The position numbers and the translations under genes were made by a program. Positions 46,762-56,195 of a stretch of 64,000 nt of DNA are shown here, one piece after another. The notes under the pieces are model-generated. The model did no database searches. It saw only the letters and a list, made by a program, of their open reading frames with translations, and was not told the DNA's origin. The first letter of the stretch is position 1; each line of letters starts with the position of its first letter. Source of the stretch: Dehalococcoidia bacterium (GTDB lineage Bacteria; Chloroflexota; Dehalococcoidia; Lucifugimonadales; Australimonadaceae); NCBI GenBank assembly GCA_034421335.1, contig DAOUKL010000030.1:8753-72752 (forward strand), in the 5' to 3' direction.

Positions 46762-49239
46762 ATGACCACCCGCAGCCATACGTCGCCCCTCCGCTACGAC
46801 CCCCGCGAACTCGACCGAAAGTGGCAGCAGCGATGGGCCGACGACGACCTCTACCGCGTGGAGGACGACGACCCTCGTCCGCGCTGGTACGCCCTCACCA
46901 TGTACCCCTACCCCTCCGGCGACCTGCACATCGGGCACTGGTACGCCATGGCCCCGTCGGACGCCCACGCGCGGTTCATGCGGATGCGCGGCTACAACGT
47001 GCTTCACCCCATGGGGTTCGACGCGTTCGGCCTGCCTGCGGAGAACGCCGCCATTCAGCGCGGCATCCACCCCGCCGTGTGGACCATGGACAACATCGAG
47101 CGGATGCGGTCGCAGTTGCGCTCGATGGGGGCCACCTACGACTGGGGCAGGGAGGTGGTGACCTGCCTGCCGGAGTACTACAAGTGGAACCAGTGGTTCT
47201 TCCTCCGCATGTACGAGCGGGGGCTCGCCTACCGCGCAGCCGCGCCCGTGAACTGGTGCCCCACCTGCCAGACCGTCCTCGCCAACGAGCAGGTCGTCGA
47301 CGGCAAGTGCGAGCGCACCGGCGACGTCGTCATTCGCCGCGAGATGGACCAGTGGTTCTTCCGCATCACCGACTACGCGGACGAACTGCTCGACTTCTCC
47401 GGTCTCGTCGACTGGCCGGAGCGCATCAAGACGATGCAGACGAACTGGATCGGCCGCAGCGTGGGGGTCGACATCTCGTTCGACATCTCCGAGCACGGGC
47501 TCGACGAACACGAGATCCGCACTTTCACTACCCGCATCGACACCATCTACGGCGTGACGTTCGTTGCGCTCGCGCCCGAGCATCCCCTCGTCGAGCAGCT
47601 CACGACCCCCGACCACGCCGGCGCCGTGCGTGAGTACGTCGCTCAGGCGCGGGAAGCGTCGGAGATCGACAGGCTCTCCGCCGAGCGCGAGAAGACCGGC
47701 GTGTTCACCGGCGCCTACGCGGTGAACCGCCTCAACGGCGAGCGCGTGCCGATATGGGTGGGAGACTACGTGCTGCTCACCTACGGCACTGGCGCCGTGA
47801 TGGGCGTCCCTGCTCACGACTCGCGGGACTTCGAGTTCGCCAACAAGTTCGGGCTCGACATCCGCGTCGTCGTCGCGCCGCCGGAGTGGGACGGCGCCGC
47901 GCTCCCTGAGGCATGGGTCGAGAAGGATGGAACGCAGGTCAACTCCGGGCAGTTCGACGGCCTCCCGAATGCCGAGGGTTACGAGGCTATCGCCGACCAC
48001 GTCGAGCGGCAGGGCTACGGCAAGCGAACGGTCGGCTACCGGATGCGCGACTGGCTCATCAGCCGTCAGCGTTACTGGGGTACGCCCATCCCCATCGTGT
48101 ACTGCGACTCGTGCGGGGCGCAGCCCACGCCCGATGACCAGTTGCCGGTGCTGCTGCCCGGCGACGCCGAGTTCAGGCCCACCGGCGAGTCGCCGCTGCG
48201 CTATCATGAGGGATTCCTGCACACGACGTGCCCGAAGTGCGGCGGACCAGCGACCCGCGAGACGGACACGATGGACACGTTCGTGGACTCGTCGTGGTAT
48301 TTCTTACGCTATGTAAGCCCTTCCTACGACGGCGCCCCGTTCGACCCTGACAGGGCGGGCGTCTGGAACCCCGTCGACCAGTACACGGGCGGCGCAGAGC
48401 ACGCGGTGATGCACCTGCTCTACGCCCGCTTCTTCACGAAGGTCATCCGCGACCTGGGCCTCATCGACTTCGGTGAGCCGTTCCTGCGCCTCTTCAATCA
48501 GGGCGTCGTGCTCTCAGACCACATGAAGATGAGCAAGAGCCGCGGCAACGTCATCGCCCCCGACGAGTACGTGCAGGAAGTCGGCGCCGACGTCGTGCGG
48601 CTCTACCTCATGTTCATGGGCCCCTGGGAGGGCGGCGGCGACTGGAGCGACACCGGCATCAACGGCGTCGCCCGCTGGGTGAACCGGCTGTGGGACCTCT
48701 GCTCCGCGTCCGACGGAGAGTTGCCGCCGGAGGAGGGCGAGGCCGACCGCGCCATTCTCCGCAAGACGCACCAGACGATCCGCAGCGTCGTCGAGGACTA
48801 CGAGCGCTTCAAGTACAACACGGCGCTCGCCGCGATGATGGAGCTCACCAACGAGCTGGCCCCGGCTTTCGAGAGCCGCAGCGTTTCGCAGGGCGTCTTC
48901 CGCGAGGCGGTCGGCGACCTGCTGCTGCTGATCGCGCCGATGGCCCCTCACCTCGCCGAAGAGCTGTGGGAGCGCACCGGAGGCTCCTACAGCATCCACC
49001 TCCAGCCGATGCCGGAGTTCGACGAGGAGCTCGCCGCCGCTGACGAGGCGACGCTCGTCGTACAGGTGAACGGCCGCGTGCGCGACCGCATCGCCGTCCC
49101 CGCCGACGTCGGCGAGGACGCCGCCAAGGAGACTGCGCTGGCGTCCGGCAAGGTCCGCGCCCACACCGACGGCAAGCAGGTCGGGAAGGTCATCTTCGTG
49201 CCGGGGCGTTACCTGGTGAACATCGTTGTAAGGGAGTAG
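46762..49239 (+). CDS. leuS: Leucine--tRNA ligase
   Basis: PYPSGDLHIGH, GFDAFGLPAENAA, WLISRQRYWG, DTFVDSSWY, GGAEHAVMHLLYARF, KMSKS. Confidence 0.98.
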   Translation: MTTRSHTSPLRYDPRELDRKWQQRWADDDLYRVEDDDPRPRWYALTMYPYPSGDLHIGHWYAMAPSDAHARFMRMRGYNVLHPMGFDAFGLPAENAAIQRGIHPAVWTMDNIERMRSQLRSMGATYDWGREVVTCLPEYYKWNQWFFLRMYERGLAYRAAAPVNWCPTCQTVLANEQVVDGKCERTGDVVIRREMDQWFFRITDYADELLDFSGLVDWPERIKTMQTNWIGRSVGVDISFDISEHGLDEHEIRTFTTRIDTIYGVTFVALAPEHPLVEQLTTPDHAGAVREYVAQAREASEIDRLSAEREKTGVFTGAYAVNRLNGERVPIWVGDYVLLTYGTGAVMGVPAHDSRDFEFANKFGLDIRVVVAPPEWDGAALPEAWVEKDGTQVNSGQFDGLPNAEGYEAIADHVERQGYGKRTVGYRMRDWLISRQRYWGTPIPIVYCDSCGAQPTPDDQLPVLLPGDAEFRPTGESPLRYHEGFLHTTCPKCGGPATRETDTMDTFVDSSWYFLRYVSPSYDGAPFDPDRAGVWNPVDQYTGGAEHAVMHLLYARFFTKVIRDLGLIDFGEPFLRLFNQGVVLSDHMKMSKSRGNVIAPDEYVQEVGADVVRLYLMFMGPWEGGGDWSDTGINGVARWVNRLWDLCSASDGELPPEEGEADRAILRKTHQTIRSVVEDYERFKYNTALAAMMELTNELAPAFESRSVSQGVFREAVGDLLLLIAPMAPHLAEELWERTGGSYSIHLQPMPEFDEELAAADEATLVVQVNGRVRDRIAVPADVGEDAAKETALASGKVRAHTDGKQVGKVIFVPGRYLVNIVVRE

Positions 49240-49287
49240 TCGGCGTCAGTAGTCGTTGGAGGAGCGGTTCGCCAAGGAGCAATTCCA

Positions 49288-49668
49288 GTGCTGGACCCAA
49301 CTGAACGTACGAAGTTTCACCTGCTCGTGCGCGGAATGCTGCCCGCGCCGTTCATCTACATCGTCATCGCCTGGGGGTATCTTGCGCTGGTGGACGCCGA
49401 GCCGTTCTTCAGCGGCGGCGCCGCCACGGCGATGGCCGCCGCCGTGGGCATCGCCGCGCCCGTGTGGGCGGTCGTCACGTACAGGGTCGCCCAGGCGCGG
49501 GGCCGCGCCGACGCCCGGCTGGCGCAGGCGTTGCTGGCCCTCGCCCACGGCCCCGGCGCGGCGGGCTTCATCCTCGCTATCGGGTCGACGCTGCTCTGGC
49601 CCGCCGTCGTCCTCGGCGCGGAAGCGTTGGCGGTGCTCCTGATAGTCAGGGCGAAGGTGGGCCGGTAG
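49288..49668 (+). CDS. Hypothetical membrane protein
   Basis: About four hydrophobic segments, operon-like spacing between leuS and the GNAT gene. Confidence 0.6.
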   Translation: MLDPTERTKFHLLVRGMLPAPFIYIVIAWGYLALVDAEPFFSGGAATAMAAAVGIAAPVWAVVTYRVAQARGRADARLAQALLALAHGPGAAGFILAIGSTLLWPAVVLGAEALAVLLIVRAKVGR

Positions 49669-49675
49669 GAGCCTA

Positions 49676-50101
49676 GTGGAGACTGAACGCGTCCGGATCC
49701 GCGATTGCCAGGTGGAAGACATCGAGCAGGTGCTGTCGATCTGGGAGACTTCCAGCGCGGGCCACACGCCTACGGACAATGCCCAGGATGTGCGGCGGGC
49801 GATTGCGGCGCCCCAGCTCGAGTTCCTCGTCGCCGAAGTGGACGGCCGAGTGGTCGGAACCATCATGGGCGGCTACGACGGCTGGCGCGGGGCGATATCG
49901 AGGCTGGCCGTCGAAGAATCCTACCGGCGCAGGGGAATCGGTCGGGCGCTTCTGGCGGAAGTGGAGAAGCGTTTCGATGCCAACGGCGTGAGGGTGGTTG
50001 GCGCTCTGGTCGAGAAAGACCACCCCTGGGCCATGGATTTCTGGGACTCCACGGATTTCACGCTCGATGAGCGCTTCGTCCTGTTCAAGCGCGGCATGTG
50101 A
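49676..50101 (+). CDS. GNAT-family N-acetyltransferase
   Basis: LVAEVDGRVVGTIMGGYDGWRG, LAVEESYRRRGIGRALL. Confidence 0.9.
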   Translation: METERVRIRDCQVEDIEQVLSIWETSSAGHTPTDNAQDVRRAIAAPQLEFLVAEVDGRVVGTIMGGYDGWRGAISRLAVEESYRRRGIGRALLAEVEKRFDANGVRVVGALVEKDHPWAMDFWDSTDFTLDERFVLFKRGM

Positions 50102-50118
50102 CGGGATAGCCCTCGCCC

Positions 50119-50772
50119 CTACCCAACCCGCAGCACCCACACCCGGGCGGACGGGTGCGGCGCCGAGGTTTCCGCCTCGACCGTCATGCCCGACTCCCGC
50201 AGCACCCACTCCCAATCATCCAGCGTGTACTTGTTGTGGATGCGGAACTGTTCGAGCGCGCGCTCGTACCGCGTCGCCTCCGGCTCCCCCGGCTCCACGA
50301 GGCGTCGCGCGATGTACTCCCGCATCGGCTCCCGGAGCCAGTCGAAGAGCATCATGCGCCCGCCGGGCTTGAGCACGCGCGCCGCCTGCTCTCGCAGGAA
50401 CGTGAACGGGTCGTCAAACGTGTGAAGCACCGCGGTCATCGCCAGCAGGTCCACCGACCCTTCGTCGAACGGGAGGGGGTTGGCCTCGACGTCGAGCAGG
50501 CTCAGCGTGGGGACAGGCCCCGCGTAGTCGAGCGAGCGGGCGTTCTCGATCATCGCCTCGTTGGAGTCGACGCCGTATAGGTGGGCGTCCGGCAGGCGCG
50601 CGGAGAGGTCGCGCAGGAAGAGGCCCGGTCCGGGGCCGATGTCGGCGATGACCGGCGCCGGCGGGAGCGTGGGGGCGATGCGCTCGTCCCAGAACTCCCA
50701 GAACGCCGGGTTGAACCGCAACTCGTACCGTTCGAGCTGGCGGCGCAGCGCGCGGTCGTCGCGGGAGGTCAT
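50119..50772 (-). CDS. Class I SAM-dependent methyltransferase (paralog A)
   Basis: IADIGPGPG, YGVDSNEAMI, LPFDEGSVDL, RVLKPGG; start at ATG 50772. Confidence 0.88.
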   Translation of the reverse strand: MTSRDDRALRRQLERYELRFNPAFWEFWDERIAPTLPPAPVIADIGPGPGLFLRDLSARLPDAHLYGVDSNEAMIENARSLDYAGPVPTLSLLDVEANPLPFDEGSVDLLAMTAVLHTFDDPFTFLREQAARVLKPGGRMMLFDWLREPMREYIARRLVEPGEPEATRYERALEQFRIHNKYTLDDWEWVLRESGMTVEAETSAPHPSARVWVLRVG

Positions 50773-51407
50773 CGCGGCGCGCACGCGAGGGCGACGTGGC
50801 TGACGCGCGGATGCGCCTCGCCGGCGACGTCGAACCCGGCCTCCGCCAGCAGCCACCGCCACTCCTCCGCCGTGAAACGGTTGTGGTGCGGCTGCAGGCT
50901 CATCATTGCCGTAGGATCGTCGCCGAGCCCGCCCCGGTTCTCGATGTAGTCGGTGAGCGATTGCCGCTTCCAGTCGTACAGCAGGTACACGCCGCCGGGC
51001 CGGAGCATCCGGCGCGCCTCTGCGAACAGCACGAGCGGATTGTCGAGGAAACAGACAACGTTCGCAGAGATGCAGAGGTCGAACGACGCGTCCTCCACCG
51101 GGTACGGCGCCTCGTTCAGGTCGTGCTTCGTGAACGACGGTGCGCCCGTCGCGTAGTCGAGATCCCGGGCGTTCGCGAGCATCGCGTCGGACACGTCCAC
51201 ACCGCGCAGTGCGGCGTCCGGAAGCCTCGACGCCAGTTCCTGCAGCAGCAGCCCCGGCCCGCAACCCAGGTCGGCAATCGCAGGCGCCGCGCTGATGCGC
51301 GGGCGGACGGCGGACTCGAAGAACTCCCAGAACGCGGGCGGGTAGCGGCGTCCGGTGTTCGACGACATCCGCTCCACCATAGCGCTCTGGTTCCACCGGG
51401 TGGTCAT
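50769..51407 (-). CDS. Class I SAM-dependent methyltransferase (paralog B)
   Basis: IADLGCGPG, RGVDVSDAML, YPVEDASFDL, RMLRPGG; start at ATG 51407. Confidence 0.88.
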   Translation of the reverse strand: MTTRWNQSAMVERMSSNTGRRYPPAFWEFFESAVRPRISAAPAIADLGCGPGLLLQELASRLPDAALRGVDVSDAMLANARDLDYATGAPSFTKHDLNEAPYPVEDASFDLCISANVVCFLDNPLVLFAEARRMLRPGGVYLLYDWKRQSLTDYIENRGGLGDDPTAMMSLQPHHNRFTAEEWRWLLAEAGFDVAGEAHPRVSHVALACAPR

Positions 51408-51409
51408 CG

Positions 51410-51820
51410 CTACTCCGCCATGTTCACTGTGACGCCCTGCTCCTTGAAGATGTCGCTGGCCGCCTGCATGCCGTTGAACGCCGCCGGAAGCCCCGCGTAC
51501 GGAACGGCCTGCAGCAGCACCTCGGCTATCTCCTCCGGCGTGATGCCGAGGTGGAGCGCGTAGCGGGTGTAGGCGGCGACCTGCGGAGTCCGGCCCATCG
51601 CCGTACACATCCCCAGCACGATCATGCACCGCGTTCGAAGGTCGAGCCGCTCCCGCGACCATATCTCGCCGAAGTTGTACCCGATGACGAACTCCTCGAG
51701 CCCCGGGATCATGTCCAGCCCGGCGGCGTTCCCCGTGCTGCGCGACCCCTCCGACCCGCTGATCGCCTTGCGCACGGCCCTGCCCCGCGCCTTGCTCTCC
51801 TCTGCCTGATGCAGCGACAT
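51410..51820 (-). CDS. Carboxymuconolactone decarboxylase (CMD/AhpD-like) family protein
   Basis: FGEIWSRERLDLRTRCMIV, GITPEEIAEVLLQAVPYAGLPAA; start at ATG 51820. Confidence 0.88.
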   Translation of the reverse strand: MSLHQAEESKARGRAVRKAISGSEGSRSTGNAAGLDMIPGLEEFVIGYNFGEIWSRERLDLRTRCMIVLGMCTAMGRTPQVAAYTRYALHLGITPEEIAEVLLQAVPYAGLPAAFNGMQAASDIFKEQGVTVNMAE

Positions 51821-51935
51821 ACCGACCTCCTCGCACGCCACAAGTTTCCGGGGATGCTACACGACGGAAGGGCCGCGCCGCGCGCCCTTCTTGAAGGACC
51901 GACGACGGCGGGTGCGCGCCCCGGCGATTCGCCGC

Positions 51936-51941
51936 TATAAT
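51936..51941 (+). promoter_or_regulatory. TATAAT -10 element 6 nt before the selD ATG (leaderless mRNA)
   Basis: gccgcTATAATcccaccATG, with no Shine-Dalgarno. Confidence 0.65.
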
Positions 51942-51947
51942 CCCACC

Positions 51948-52997
51948 ATGCAACAGGAAGAGATTCGACTAACCAGTCTGGCCACCTGCGCGGGCTGAGC
52001 CGGCAAGTTCAGCCCCGAGGACCTCGGCGAGGTCCTGAGCCACCTCCCCCACGTGCGGCACGACGACCTGCTCGTGGGGTTCGACACGAGCGACGACGCC
52101 GCCGTCTACCGCCTGGCGGACGACCTCGCCGTCGTCCAGACGATCGATTTCTTCCCGCCCATCGTCGACGATCCGTACGACTTCGGCGCCATCGCCGCGG
52201 TGAACGCCCTGAGCGACGTGTACGCGATGGGAGGAACCCCCCTCCTGGCGCTCAACATCGTCTGCTTCCCCGAAGACCTGCCCAAGGAGATCCTCGGGAG
52301 CATCCTCCTCGGCGGCATGGACGTCGCCAGGGAGGCCGGCATCGTCATCGCCGGCGGCCACACCGTGAAGGACCGCGAGCCCAAGTACGGGCTCTCCGTC
52401 ACCGGCGTCGTACACCCCGACCACATCGTCACGAACGCCGCCGCCGAGGTCGGCGACGAACTGGTGCTGACGAAGCCGCTCGGCTCCGGCATCATCACGA
52501 CGGCGGCCAAGGCCGGCGTTGCTGACGACGCCACGATTGCCGGCGCTATCGCCACGATGCGGCAGCTCAACCGCGCGGGCGGCGAGGCGATGGTGGAGGT
52601 CGGCGTGAAGTCCGCGACCGACATCACTGGATTCGGACTCGTCGGCCACCTTCTCGGGATGCTGCGCGCCAGCGGGACCGCCGCCAAGCTGAACCTCGCC
52701 GACATCCCCCTGCTCCCCGGCGTCCGCGACATAGTCGAACGCGGCGTCGTCCCCGGAGGCACGGGCAACAACCTCGAGGCGTTCCGGAACGACGTCGCCT
52801 GGGGCCCCGGCATAACCGAGGAGGACCGGATCATCCTCTCCGACGCCCAGACGTCGGGCGGGCTGCTGATAGCGGCGCCGCCCGGATCGACGCAGACGCT
52901 GCTCGACGCCCTGGCCCGGCGCGGCGCCCCCGGCGTCGTGGTAGGGCGCGTCGTGGCCCGCGAGGACGTTGCCAACACCATCGAGGTCGCGTCGTAG
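51948..52997 (+). CDS. selD: Selenophosphate synthetase (selenide, water dikinase), Sec-containing (SenC of the selenoneine cluster)
   Basis: ATG 51948 reads MQQEEIRLTSLATCAG-U-AGKFSP with TGA 51996-51998 as codon 17, in frame with track ORF 52053-52997. Motifs DDAAVY, QTIDFF, NALSDVYAMGG, GGHT, TDITGFGL, DAQTSGGLL. Confidence 0.96.
52018..52036 (+). promoter_or_regulatory. Putative bacterial SECIS hairpin for the selD UGA
   Basis: 8-bp stem AGGACCTC/GAGGTCCT, loop GGC beginning 27 nt after the UGA. Confidence 0.65.
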
Positions 52998-53019
52998 CAG
53001 GCGCAGGTTCTCCCGCGGA

Positions 53020-54333
53020 ATGAGCGCTTTCGATCTGCCAGCCGCGCCTCCCCGCAGCGCGCGAGAACTCGCCGCCGACGCGTGGGACGCCGCGCAGACC
53101 GTCCTCGCGCTGACGGCGGACCTCGACTCCGCCCAGCAGCAGGGCCCCATGATCCCCATCGTAAACCCCGCCCTCTGGGAGGTCGGCCACGTCGGGTGGT
53201 TCTTCGAGAAGTGGACGCTGCGCAATCTGTACGAGGCCTCGGCGATGATCGACCGCGCCGACGAGCTGTACGACTCCGCCGCCATCGCCCATGACACCCG
53301 CTGGCGTCTCGCTTTCCCGACGTGGGAGCAGACCCGGGAGTTCGTGACTGAGGTCGTGCGCAACGCCACCGGGCCGATAGAGCGCCGCGAGCCGAACGCC
53401 CTGGAGCAGTACTTCCTGCAACTCGCTGCGTTCCACACCGATATGCATGCCGAAGCGTTTACCTACACCCGCCAGACGCTGGGCTTCAGCGAGGTGAGCC
53501 TTACGGCGCCCGTCGTGCTTCCCTCCCCCGAGCCCGGCTTCGAGCCGCACGACGTTGCCGTCCCCGGTGGAACGTTCATCCTCGGCCCGGTCGAGGGCGA
53601 ACTGCCGTTCGTGTTCGACAACGAGAAATGGGGCCACGAGACCCGCGTCGAGCCGTTCGCCATCGCCGCAACCGCCGTTACCAACGGCGAGTTCCTCCGG
53701 TTCGTCGAGGCCGGCGGCTACCGCGACCGCTCATGCTGGTCGGACGCCGGGTGGTGGTGGAAGCAGGCGGCCGGCGCGGAGCACCCCGTCTACTGGCGGC
53801 GCGAACGCGACGGCTCCTGGCTGGCGCGGCGCTACGACGCCTGGGGGCCCATCGACCCCCACGCGGCAATCATCCACGTCAACTGGCACGAGGCCAACGC
53901 CTACTGTGCGTGGGCGGGACGCCGTCTGCCGACCGAGGCGGAGTGGGAATTCGCGGCCTCCGGCGGCGCGAACGGCGCCCCCAAGCGGCGCTACCCCTGG
54001 GGCGACGAGCCTCCGTCCCCCGAACGCGCGAACCTCGACTTCCGCGGACGTGGAACGGTCGACGTGCGCGCGCTCCCGGCGGGCGACACTCCGCTCGGCT
54101 GCCGGCAGATGCTCGGCAACGTGTGGGAGTGGACGGCCACCGAGTTCGGCCCGTATCCCGGCTTCACCCCCGACCCCTACAAGGAGTACTCGCAGCCCGC
54201 GTTCAGCGGCCACAGGGTGCTGCGTGGCGGCGCCTGGAGCACCCGCTCCCGCCTCATCCGCAACACCTGGCGGAACTTCTACACCCCCGACCGGCGCGAC
54301 GTGATGTGCGGCTTCCGCACCTGCGCCGCCTGA
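53020..54333 (+). CDS. senA: Selenoneine synthase (EgtB-related non-heme iron enzyme, DinB-like plus FGE-sulfatase domains)
   Basis: IVNPALWEVGHVGWF, YDSAAIAHDTRW, FHTDMHAEAFTYTRQTL, RRLPTEAEWE, GNVWEW, RNFYTPDRRD; directly between selD and senB; start at ATG 53020. Confidence 0.9.
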   Translation: MSAFDLPAAPPRSARELAADAWDAAQTVLALTADLDSAQQQGPMIPIVNPALWEVGHVGWFFEKWTLRNLYEASAMIDRADELYDSAAIAHDTRWRLAFPTWEQTREFVTEVVRNATGPIERREPNALEQYFLQLAAFHTDMHAEAFTYTRQTLGFSEVSLTAPVVLPSPEPGFEPHDVAVPGGTFILGPVEGELPFVFDNEKWGHETRVEPFAIAATAVTNGEFLRFVEAGGYRDRSCWSDAGWWWKQAAGAEHPVYWRRERDGSWLARRYDAWGPIDPHAAIIHVNWHEANAYCAWAGRRLPTEAEWEFAASGGANGAPKRRYPWGDEPPSPERANLDFRGRGTVDVRALPAGDTPLGCRQMLGNVWEWTATEFGPYPGFTPDPYKEYSQPAFSGHRVLRGGAWSTRSRLIRNTWRNFYTPDRRDVMCGFRTCAA

Positions 54334-54349
54334 GCGGCGCGGAGCCGTC

Positions 54350-55306
54350 GTGTACATCGGACTGGCGACCCCCGCGCCGCCCGGAAGCCGCAGCGGCAAC
54401 CGCGTCACCGCCAGCCGGTGGGCCGGCTTCTTCCGCGAACTCGGCCACCGCGTCGCCGTCCGCCAGACCTACGACGGCGAGAACTTCGACCTCCTCGTCG
54501 CCGTCCACGCGCTGCGCAGCGCGCAGTCCGTGCGGGAGTTCAACGCCCGCCGTCCCGGCCGCCCCGTCATCGTCCTGCTCGCCGGCACGGACGTCTACGG
54601 CCCACTCTACGAGGAGGGCGGCGGCCCTGTGCTCGATGTGGCGGCGCGGGTCGTAACGCTGCAGCGCCTCGCCATCGAGGAATTGCGCCCCGAGCACCGG
54701 CCCAAGGTCCGCGCAATCGTCCAGTCCGCCCGGCCCACGCCCACGGCGGGGCCGTCGCCCAACGCCCGCACGTTCGACGTGAGCGTCGTCGGGCACTTGC
54801 GTCCGGTGAAAGACCCCTTCCTCGCCGCCGCCGCAACCCGACGCCTCCCGCGGGAGTCCCACATCCGCATCCTCCAACTCGGCGACGCGATGACGCCAGA
54901 GATGGCGCGCCATGCGAACGCGCTCGCCGCCGCTCATCCTCGCTACGAGTGGCGGCGGGGACTCCCGTCCTGGCGCGCCCGCCGCGTGCTCAAGAGGTCG
55001 CAGGTCATGGTGATATCGTCGATTTCCGAGGGCGGCGCCAACGTGGTATCCGAGGCGGTTGTCGACGGCGTGCCCGTGCTGGCGTCGCGGATGCCTGGCA
55101 ACGTGGGGCTGCTTGGCGACGACTATCCCGGCTACTTTCCCGTGGGCGATGGCGCGGAACTGCGGCGGCTCCTGCTCCGCTGCGAGCGTGAGCCGGCGTT
55201 CCTCGCGCAACTGCGCGACGCTGCAGCCCCGCTCCGCGCCACCCTCAACCCGGAGCGCGAGCGCGACGACTGGCGCTCGCTGCTGGAGGAGCTGGGGTTG
55301 GGGTAG
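54350..55306 (+). CDS. senB: Selenosugar synthase (GT-B glycosyltransferase, TIGR04348-like)
   Basis: GNRVTASRW, HALRS, GTDVY, VGHLRPVK, SEGGANVVSE, LASRMPGNVGLLGDDYPGYFPVGD match the recalled SenB pattern. Confidence 0.92.
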   Translation: MYIGLATPAPPGSRSGNRVTASRWAGFFRELGHRVAVRQTYDGENFDLLVAVHALRSAQSVREFNARRPGRPVIVLLAGTDVYGPLYEEGGGPVLDVAARVVTLQRLAIEELRPEHRPKVRAIVQSARPTPTAGPSPNARTFDVSVVGHLRPVKDPFLAAAATRRLPRESHIRILQLGDAMTPEMARHANALAAAHPRYEWRRGLPSWRARRVLKRSQVMVISSISEGGANVVSEAVVDGVPVLASRMPGNVGLLGDDYPGYFPVGDGAELRRLLLRCEREPAFLAQLRDAAAPLRATLNPERERDDWRSLLEELGLG

Positions 55307-55316
55307 GGGACGCCCG

Positions 55317-56195
55317 TTAACGCGCCAGCCGCCGCATGGCGGCTGCGAAGAGGTCGACCCCGATGACCAGCAGCAGGTACCACGCAAGCAGCAGTGTCAC
55401 CGTCGTGTAGTGGAAGTGGCTCATCGCGAGCCGGAACTCCATGCCGAGTCCGCCCGCAGCGACGAGCCCCACTACGATGGTCGTGCGGATGATCACCTCC
55501 CAGCGGTAGAACAGGTAGGTGACGAACCGGGGCAGCGCCATCGGAAGCACGGCGTAGACGATCACCTGGAACCATCCCGCCCCCGACGTACGGAGCGCGC
55601 GCGCAGGGCGCGTGTCGAGCCCCTCCACGACCTCCGCCGACAGCTTGCCGAGAATGCCGAAATTGTGCGCCGCCAGCGCAATCGCCCCCGGCAGGATCCC
55701 CGGCGAGAAGATGAACACCAGCAGCATCGCCCAGATGAGTTCCGGCACCGAGCGGCTGAGCACGTACGCGAGACGCACCGCGAAGAACCACGCCTGCCAC
55801 ACGGGGTTGCGGTACGGCGCCAGTTCGCCCGACATCACGTTCCGCGCCGCGAACATGAACGTGAGCAGCGCGCCGATCGCCGCAAGTCCCGCCGCCAGTA
55901 CGCTCATCGCCAGCGTGTCCAGCGCCAGCCCCCCGGCCTCCGCCCACGCCGAACCGTCGAGGTACGCCGGCGTCCGCTCGCTTCCCGACCCCGCAAGCTC
56001 GCCGAGGAACGACCACGCCCGCGACCCCGTCTCGCCGGAGAAGAACCCGTGGCTCGGCCAGCGCTGCGCGAACACGATGTACGTCCACGCGCTTGCCGCC
56101 AGCATCGCCGCCGCGATGACCGAACCCGACACGAACGACAGCCGTAGCCCCCGCGGCCCCGGCGCGGAGTAGGCGGGCGTCGGCGGCGCGCTCAC
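55317..56195 (-). CDS. PhnE/PtxC-type ABC transporter permease 2
   Basis: SRSVPELIWAMLL, GILGKLSAEVVE, YRWEVIIRTTIVVGLVAAGGLG; start GTG 56195 approximate. Confidence 0.88.
   Translation of the reverse strand: MSAPPTPAYSAPGPRGLRLSFVSGSVIAAAMLAASAWTYIVFAQRWPSHGFFSGETGSRAWSFLGELAGSGSERTPAYLDGSAWAEAGGLALDTLAMSVLAAGLAAIGALLTFMFAARNVMSGELAPYRNPVWQAWFFAVRLAYVLSRSVPELIWAMLLVFIFSPGILPGAIALAAHNFGILGKLSAEVVEGLDTRPARALRTSGAGWFQVIVYAVLPMALPRFVTYLFYRWEVIIRTTIVVGLVAAGGLGMEFRLAMSHFHYTTVTLLLAWYLLLVIGVDLFAAAMRRLAR

Noticed and set aside
53020-54333. Calling this gene canonical ergothioneine egtB
   Set aside because: Motif pattern and position between selD and the SenB-type GT point to SenA; egtC and egtE are absent
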